Below are positions 58,020 through 64,000 of a stretch of DNA of 64,000 nt, one piece after another (positions within the stretch are counted from its first letter, which is position 1; every line of letters begins with the position of its first letter). Source of the stretch: Ferruginibacter sp. (GTDB lineage: Bacteria > Bacteroidota > Bacteroidia > Chitinophagales > Chitinophagaceae); contig JBBEBH010000020.1 in NCBI GenBank assembly GCA_040882445.1, positions 43,023 through 107,022 on the forward strand. The letters are read 5' to 3'. A model generated the notes under the pieces. It was not told the origin of the DNA and ran no database searches. It saw nothing but the letters and a program-made list of their open reading frames with translations. A program made the translations under genes and the position numbers.

Positions 58020-60284
58020 ATGAAAAGACCTTTACATGAAATACAAATCATTGTGCCCACAATGCTGTGTATGCTGTTTTCGTTAACAGCGGCAGCACAA
58101 GGTGCCAACCGAGTAGATATTGGCAAAAGTTTTGCCAATATGAGTAAACTCAAAACAGGCGGCACCTATAACCCTGGCGACACGGTAGAGATACGTGTTA
58201 CTTTTGCTGTTATTCGGCAAACAACTTATACTGCAGTAGACAGTGTGCAGGTATTTGATCAGGTACCCGCCAACACCACTTATATTCCAGGATCTATGCG
58301 GGTGGCAACCAATGAGGGAGTTACTTTCAAAGGGCCTTTTACGGAAGCATCAGATACTGATCCGGGACGAAATATAGCCGGAAATATTACCATCAACCTC
58401 GGCAATAAAGCCAACGGTACCCAGGGCGGTAGAATAAGATCTGACACCAGCAGGCCCTCCTTTCTTAATTCTCATTGCATCATGATGGCGGTGTATAGAG
58501 TAAGAATAAACCCCAGTGCCAATTACGGAGATACCATTAAAGTGGGCGGTAGTGTTAAGTACAAAATGGTTACCCCTAACAATGGTTGGTTCAACGTCAA
58601 TTTTACGCAGTACAGCATTATTCTTTTTCCTAACAGCGGTTATTGTCCCGATGGGGCAGATGTAAGCGCTACTGCTGATGCAGGAGGTACATTTGGTAAT
58701 GGCACCACCCTTAACCGCCCCGCTGCATTAGGATTTACTACGAGTTACATCAAACAAAATATTACAACCGGTGCGCCCAACGATTATTATTATGCAATCG
58801 TCAAAAACAGCAGCCCATCCTCCTCTACTAACCCAAACACAACCATGCCCGAAGCCACGGCCCTCAACCGAGTTTTTGGATTATGGGACATTGCAGGAGA
58901 CCATACTAATGCTACCAATCAGAATATTGGAAATGCGCCACCAGCGGCGGCACAAAATGGAGGTTACTTTGTGCTCATCAATGCCAGTTACAACACCAAT
59001 GTGGCATATCAAGAAACGGTGACCAATTTATGCCCCAACACCTATTACGAGTTCAGTGCATGGGTTAGAAATGTTTGTTCGCTTTGCAGCTTCGATAGCA
59101 CAGGTAAGGGAACTCGAACAGCTGGATTCATCCCAGGCCCCGGCAACGATTCCTCAGGCGTACTACCCAATTTAAATTTCGAAATTGATGGCTTAGCTTT
59201 CTATACTACAGGTGACATAAAATATGATAAGGTGAACCCATGGAAAAAATTTGGTTTTACTTTTTTAACCCGTCCGGGTCAAACTACGGCCAACTTTGCT
59301 ATTAGAAACAATTCTCCAGGTGGAGGAGGCAATGATTGGGCAATAGATGATATCAAAATTTCTCATTGTGGGCCCAACTTGAAAATGAATTTTGCACCAG
59401 AAGTATTGGGTTGTAAAGAAGGCAATTTCCAGGTTTCGTTGAGTGATACGGTGCGGTCGGTGTACAATAGTTACGTGCATTTCAAATGGCAGAAAAGCAA
59501 TGTAGGTGGAACTGTTTGGGCCGACATGACTGGACCTGGAACCTCAGGGATTGGATCGCCAGTTTTGGTAAATGGGATGTTTGAGTATGTGACCAACCTA
59601 CCCACTTTTATGGTCAGCGCAGCTGACAGTGGCACTTATTACAGGGTATTGGTAGCCACCACTGCTGCCAACTTGCATAACAATTGTGCTTACAAAGATC
59701 AAACCACCACAATGATAAGAGCCATCACTTGTGGCATTATTTTACAAGGCGATTTTACACTTTTTAGGGGTACGTTGGCAGGCAAACAAACCTATTTGAG
59801 TTGGTCAACATCCGGAGAAAAAGATTTGGCTTTTTATGCCATTGAAAAAAGTAGAGACGGGATAGATTTTGGACCCATGGCAGCCTTGATGGCAAAAAAT
59901 ATGCCTACTGCCAGTTACAACTTTACAGATCCGGAACCTTTGAATGGCAAGGCTTTTTACAGACTTAAAATGACGCAGCTTGATGGTAAATTCAAATACA
60001 GTCAAATCATTCAACTGAATTCAAAAAGTTTGTTTGAAGTAAGCAATATCGAAAATCCTTTTCGTAATTTAATACATGTAAATGTTGATCTATCTGAAGC
60101 TGGACCCGTAACCATCGCCTTGCACAATGATAAAGGTCAAAGGGTAAAATCATTTACACAAAACCTATCAAGAGGAAACAACAAAGTAATCGTGCCTGAC
60201 CTAAATTACCTCAGTAATGGCATCTATTTTATAGCAGTAGAATACAAGTTCGAAATACACAGGCGCAAGCTTGTAAAACAATAG
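58020..60284 (+). CDS. T9SS type A C-terminal sorting domain cargo protein with a MAM-like jelly-roll domain
   Basis: 754 aa with a signal peptide. GGGGNDWAIDDIKISHC resembles the C-terminal strand of MAM domains. C-terminus NPFRNLIHVNV...NGIYFIAV...VKQ is a type A CTD. Confidence 0.8.
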   Translation: MKRPLHEIQIIVPTMLCMLFSLTAAAQGANRVDIGKSFANMSKLKTGGTYNPGDTVEIRVTFAVIRQTTYTAVDSVQVFDQVPANTTYIPGSMRVATNEGVTFKGPFTEASDTDPGRNIAGNITINLGNKANGTQGGRIRSDTSRPSFLNSHCIMMAVYRVRINPSANYGDTIKVGGSVKYKMVTPNNGWFNVNFTQYSIILFPNSGYCPDGADVSATADAGGTFGNGTTLNRPAALGFTTSYIKQNITTGAPNDYYYAIVKNSSPSSSTNPNTTMPEATALNRVFGLWDIAGDHTNATNQNIGNAPPAAAQNGGYFVLINASYNTNVAYQETVTNLCPNTYYEFSAWVRNVCSLCSFDSTGKGTRTAGFIPGPGNDSSGVLPNLNFEIDGLAFYTTGDIKYDKVNPWKKFGFTFLTRPGQTTANFAIRNNSPGGGGNDWAIDDIKISHCGPNLKMNFAPEVLGCKEGNFQVSLSDTVRSVYNSYVHFKWQKSNVGGTVWADMTGPGTSGIGSPVLVNGMFEYVTNLPTFMVSAADSGTYYRVLVATTAANLHNNCAYKDQTTTMIRAITCGIILQGDFTLFRGTLAGKQTYLSWSTSGEKDLAFYAIEKSRDGIDFGPMAALMAKNMPTASYNFTDPEPLNGKAFYRLKMTQLDGKFKYSQIIQLNSKSLFEVSNIENPFRNLIHVNVDLSEAGPVTIALHNDKGQRVKSFTQNLSRGNNKVIVPDLNYLSNGIYFIAVEYKFEIHRRKLVKQ

Positions 60285-60377
60285 TTTCTTTTTGTTTACT
60301 CCTGCACCCACTTCTAGCTGCCATGCATGAAAAAAATTAATATTTACCTATTTTTTTAAAAAAATGGTGCTAAAAAA

Positions 60378-61244
60378 TTATAATATTGGAACATCAAATC
60401 GGCCTTCTGTCAATATTTTAACACCGGGACCAGCACCGTTGTTGTCTTTTACAGGTCCATAAAAAGTGCCCACCACTCTGGTTGCAGTAATGCTTGTAAT
60501 AATAACCGTAAAAGCAGGAAATTGTAATTGTGTTGGATTTGATTGTGCATTAAAAATAGCTGTCCCATTTTCCTGATACACGCAAATTAGTAAGTTGCCA
60601 ACAATGAACTGATTCACTGTATATGTACCTGAAGTGATAGGAGCAGCAGTGGTTTTAGCGATGCTAATGGCGAGGGTTTGGCCACCTGCTGTTGTGCCAG
60701 TGATAGATAGTGATGGAACTCCTAATAAATTAATCAACAATGCAGAAGGGTTTACATTAAACAGAGTTGGGAGCCCACCTACCTTTACTTCTAGAAAATC
60801 TGACGAACCACCACCTGAGTTTCCAGGAAGAACGGCTACCTCAAAAAAACACTCACTACTTCCATATCGGGCAATAAAGGCATTTATTCCAACAGCCAAT
60901 GGAATGCCAGTACCCAACATTCTTATCGTATATAAGCCAGGCAAATTAAATACGCCAGAAGCCCTAAAATGATATCCATTCACCGTATCACTGCTGATTA
61001 CATAGGTGCCTGGGTTGGTAACAGCCACTTGTACTTCCACAAAATTTACAACAGTTAGAGCAGAATCTTTTTTATAAACGCCACCTACATTAATGGGCAA
61101 ACAGCCACTAAATGCATCTTTGTTAAGTGTGCCTATAGAAGATGAAGCTCCACCAGCTGTTTCTTTACTGTACTCCTTTTTGCAGGAACCCAGCATCCAA
61201 AGTGTTAAAAAGGAAAGTGCAAATAAAGATATAAACCGTTTCAT
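60378..61244 (-). CDS. Hypothetical lipoprotein
   Basis: 288 aa. Lipobox MLGSC. Gly/Thr/Val-rich beta-type sequence with no recognised domain. Starts 22 nt downstream of lspA. Confidence 0.6.
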   Translation of the reverse strand: MKRFISLFALSFLTLWMLGSCKKEYSKETAGGASSSIGTLNKDAFSGCLPINVGGVYKKDSALTVVNFVEVQVAVTNPGTYVISSDTVNGYHFRASGVFNLPGLYTIRMLGTGIPLAVGINAFIARYGSSECFFEVAVLPGNSGGGSSDFLEVKVGGLPTLFNVNPSALLINLLGVPSLSITGTTAGGQTLAISIAKTTAAPITSGTYTVNQFIVGNLLICVYQENGTAIFNAQSNPTQLQFPAFTVIITSITATRVVGTFYGPVKDNNGAGPGVKILTEGRFDVPIL

Positions 61245-61266
61245 ATTTTTTTATATTGGTGACCCA

Positions 61267-61962
61267 TTAAGAAATCTGATTGGTGTCATTTACCAACGTT
61301 TCAGTTTCTATGGTGTTGTGTTGTTCTTTTCCAGTATGCTTAAAAAACTTCCTTTGAAAAACTAGTATACTTAATACACCAGTGGTAATAGCGGCATCTG
61401 CTATGTTAAAAATTGGTCTAAAAAACTCAAAAGGCTCCCCTCCCCACAACGGAAACCAATCTGGAAAATTTCCTCTGATCACGGGAAAATAAAACATATC
61501 TACTACATTGCCGTGTAAAAAGGAGGAATACCCCATAGCCGAAAACTTAGCCAACCCTTCATAATTTATGTAATCATTTATAGCAGCATTATACAGCATT
61601 CCTTTATCAAATATCATCCCATAAAAACATGAATCAATTAAATTGCCGATGGCGCCTGCATAAACCAGCCCACCCAGTATAATATATCCCTTATGGTATT
61701 TCTTTTTAATTATGTTCCCAAGATACCAAGTTCCGAAAACTACGGCAAGGAGTCTGAAAACGGTTAAGGCCACTTTACCCCACTCACCTCCAAACTTCCA
61801 GCCATAGGCCATGCCTGGGTTTTCTACAAAATATAATTGAAACGACTCCCCCAGCATTTCCCGAGAAGTATTGAGATGGAAATTCGTTTTAATGTAAATT
61901 TTTAATGCCTGGTCAACAATTACAACCAAGGCTACGATCAATGCTAAGTTTCTTGCTTTCAT
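61267..61962 (-). CDS. lspA: Lipoprotein signal peptidase (signal peptidase II), long form
   Basis: 231 aa. NPGMAYG, GNLIDS, VVDMF and FNIADAAI blocks, with two insertions relative to E. coli LspA. Confidence 0.85.
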   Translation of the reverse strand: MKARNLALIVALVVIVDQALKIYIKTNFHLNTSREMLGESFQLYFVENPGMAYGWKFGGEWGKVALTVFRLLAVVFGTWYLGNIIKKKYHKGYIILGGLVYAGAIGNLIDSCFYGMIFDKGMLYNAAINDYINYEGLAKFSAMGYSSFLHGNVVDMFYFPVIRGNFPDWFPLWGGEPFEFFRPIFNIADAAITTGVLSILVFQRKFFKHTGKEQHNTIETETLVNDTNQIS

Positions 61963-61974
61963 AATTTATATGTA

Positions 61975-61982
61975 CAAAGATA
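61975..61982 (-). promoter_or_regulatory. Candidate -7 box TATCTTTG (minus strand) for lspA
   Basis: TAnnTTTG match ending 12 nt upstream of the ATG at 61962. Confidence 0.5.
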
Positions 61983-62179
61983 AGTTTATAGAGATTGTAA
62001 GTATATACCAAATCCTACAATTATCTTTTACGGAAGAATTTTCTTTTAAAGTTGAAATAAAAGTTAAGGAGCGCTACTTTTTTTAGTATAATAAGGAATG
62101 ATTCGAACTTAAAATCGAATATTTTGCTTTAAAATTTAGGTCCTTAAACAAATGTTATTTTATTGGGAAATAGTTTTGC

Positions 62180-64000
62180 TTATTCTTCGAAGTACACTCT
62201 CCTAACCCGCTGAGAGATATTGGTAAAGATTTCATAAGGAATAGTTCCAGCCCATTCGGCCAGTAAAGTGGATGGTAAATCTTCTCCAAACACAATTACT
62301 TCATCCTCTTCAGCGGCATCTATCCCTGTGATATCAAGCATGGTCATGTCCATACAAACGCTCCCTATCACTTTTGCGGATTTACCGTTTACGAGCATGT
62401 AACCTTTACCGTTGCCGAGCAATCTGGGATAGCCATCTGCATAACCTATGCGAACGGTAGCGATTGTGGTATTTTGTTCAGCAATAGCAGATCTACTGTA
62501 CCCTACAGTTGTTCCTTTTGAGATATGCTTGATCTGAGAGATGCTTGTTTTAAGTGTGGTAACGTTTTGCAACAATTCATGTATTTCAGGTTGCGGATCT
62601 ACACCATACATACCAATGCCCAATCGTACCATTTGTAGTTGTAAGTTAGGATGCCTAAAAATACCTGAAGTGTTGGCGATATGTTTTATCACCGGATATC
62701 CAATTATCTGCTCAATTTTACTAGCAGATCGAACGAGTAGTTCGCCTTGTTGTTGTGTGAATATATCATGTTGCGGATCGCCCCCTGCAGCCAAATGAGA
62801 AAATACTGATTTTATTTTCAACCTTGGATGCTGCTTTAAATAGGAGCACAATTCATTGATATCTTGCTGTTCAAAACCAAGGCGTTGCATCCCCGTTTCT
62901 ATTTTAAGATGAACAGGGTGCGATTCAATAGACCGATCAAACAAGTATTGTGTGAATGAAAGTAATATCTTAAAAGAATACAATTCAGGCTCTAAGTTAT
63001 ATTTAACAATATAATCAAAACCCGCCTCCTCTGTGTTCATCACCATAATAGGAATTCGTATTCCCGCATTGCGCAATTCTACGCCTTCATCTGCATAAGC
63101 TACACCTAAATATTCGATACCCATATGTTGTAACAATCCAGCAATTTCATAACTACCACTGCCATATCCAAATGCCTTTACCATACACATCATTTTTACT
63201 CCTTTGTGTAATTGACGTTGGTAAACTTTTATATTATGTCGGATGGCATTTAAATTGATCTCTAAAAATGTTTGATGAATTTTCTGCTCTAATTTTTTAC
63301 TAATATTTTCAAAACGAAAAACCCTGGCACCTTTTAGTAAAATACTTTCTTGCCTTAAATGAAGTGTTGGTAGCGCCGCTAAAAAGGAAGCAGTTGACTC
63401 ATAAAAATGTTGTACTGGTATAGAAGCAAACAAATAAGCGTATTGCTGCAAAGTAGGACCAATACCAATAAATCTGTTGATATTTTTCTGTTGTAACATA
63501 TCAGCAATCTGATGGTACAACGCTTCTGCATGTTTTCCGGTTTGAAAAAGATCGCTTAAGATGACCGTTTTTGTAGGATGTTGCTTTTGTTGTTCCAAAA
63601 AGTGTAGGGCGATGGCCAATGAATCGATATCAGCGCTGTAGCTGTCGTTGATAATTACACACTGGTTGATACCTTGTTTTAACTCAAGTCGCATTTCTAC
63701 CGATCGTAATTGCAACAATCTATCAGCAATGATGTTCTGATCAATTTTTAGATACAGAAGAACAGCGATGCAGGTGATGGCATTGTGAATAGAAGCTTCA
63801 TCGACAAATGGAATTTGGAATTGGTATTCATTGGCTTTGTGTTGCAACTGAACTGTGGTAATATTTCCAGCACTGTTTAAATTCTTTACTACCAATTGTG
63901 CAGATTCGTTTCTTCCCCAGTTAAATAACTCCAAGTCGGGATGTTCGTTTTTAAATACCAATATTTCATCATGCAACAATACCTGGTCCATATTATAAAA
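62180..64000 (-). CDS. alr: Bifunctional MurF-like ligase / alanine racemase fusion protein (N-terminus lies beyond the window edge)
   Basis: The reading frame is open to position 64000. The C-terminal ~360 aa are an alanine racemase (PLP-Lys MVKAFGYGSG, RIGYADGYPR, VCMDMTMLD). The preceding ~240 aa resemble Mur ligase middle and C-terminal domains (DSYSADIDS). Confidence 0.85.
   Translation of the reverse strand, partial: FYNMDQVLLHDEILVFKNEHPDLELFNWGRNESAQLVVKNLNSAGNITTVQLQHKANEYQFQIPFVDEASIHNAITCIAVLLYLKIDQNIIADRLLQLRSVEMRLELKQGINQCVIINDSYSADIDSLAIALHFLEQQKQHPTKTVILSDLFQTGKHAEALYHQIADMLQQKNINRFIGIGPTLQQYAYLFASIPVQHFYESTASFLAALPTLHLRQESILLKGARVFRFENISKKLEQKIHQTFLEINLNAIRHNIKVYQRQLHKGVKMMCMVKAFGYGSGSYEIAGLLQHMGIEYLGVAYADEGVELRNAGIRIPIMVMNTEEAGFDYIVKYNLEPELYSFKILLSFTQYLFDRSIESHPVHLKIETGMQRLGFEQQDINELCSYLKQHPRLKIKSVFSHLAAGGDPQHDIFTQQQGELLVRSASKIEQIIGYPVIKHIANTSGIFRHPNLQLQMVRLGIGMYGVDPQPEIHELLQNVTTLKTSISQIKHISKGTTVGYSRSAIAEQNTTIATVRIGYADGYPRLLGNGKGYMLVNGKSAKVIGSVCMDMTMLDITGIDAAEEDEVIVFGEDLPSTLLAEWAGTIPYEIFTNISQRVRRVYFEE

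Noticed and set aside
1-64000. Scan for CRISPR arrays, IS elements, integrases, phage genes, restriction-modification or toxin-antitoxin pairs, retrons or other defence islands.
   Set aside because: I saw no regularly spaced direct repeats, no transposase, recombinase or reverse-transcriptase-like ORF, and no long inverted terminal repeats. All intergenic palindromes are explained as terminators. The window looks like core chromosome.

Overview
This 64-kb window looks like core chromosome of an AT-rich Bacteroidota genome, possibly Chitinophagia, Sphingobacteriia or Cytophagia. The phylum call rests on type IX secretion (T9SS) and gliding genes (porV, gldJ, porP/sprF-like), T9SS type A and type B cargo proteins, DUF1573 and DUF4292 genes, bshA, TAnnTTTG '-7' promoter boxes and near absence of Shine-Dalgarno sites. 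I call 52 complete CDS, one CDS running off the right edge, one tRNA-Ser(GGA), 13 rho-independent terminators and 12 candidate promoter boxes. Coding density is high and every large ORF is intact. Most genes are housekeeping: gdh, queA, lysC, trmD, upp, ade, dut, ispF, murF, gltX, fumC, lspA, tatD, yebC-type, plus aminotransferase, peptidase and cell-envelope genes. I see no transposase, integrase, phage gene, CRISPR array, restriction-modification or toxin-antitoxin pair, reverse transcriptase or other recognisable defence or mobile island. I did not find a convincing novel multi-gene system. The best leads are single-gene or architectural oddities: (1) a vertebrate GLUD1-type glutamate dehydrogenase with an antenna-like insertion; (2) a 1227-aa secreted TraB/GumN (TIKI-like) protein with about 930 aa of uncharacterised extension; (3) a colinear 183-aa C-terminal cassette shared by two otherwise unrelated T9SS cargo proteins; (4) a signal-less trypsin-fold protease in its own transcription unit; (5) fumC flanked by two unusually long non-coding spacers, one holding a less AT-rich structured patch; (6) unusual T9SS gene linkage, with porV-gldJ-murF lacking porU and an ispF stop codon overlapping a cargo start codon. 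All functional calls come from motif recognition by eye. No database search was run.
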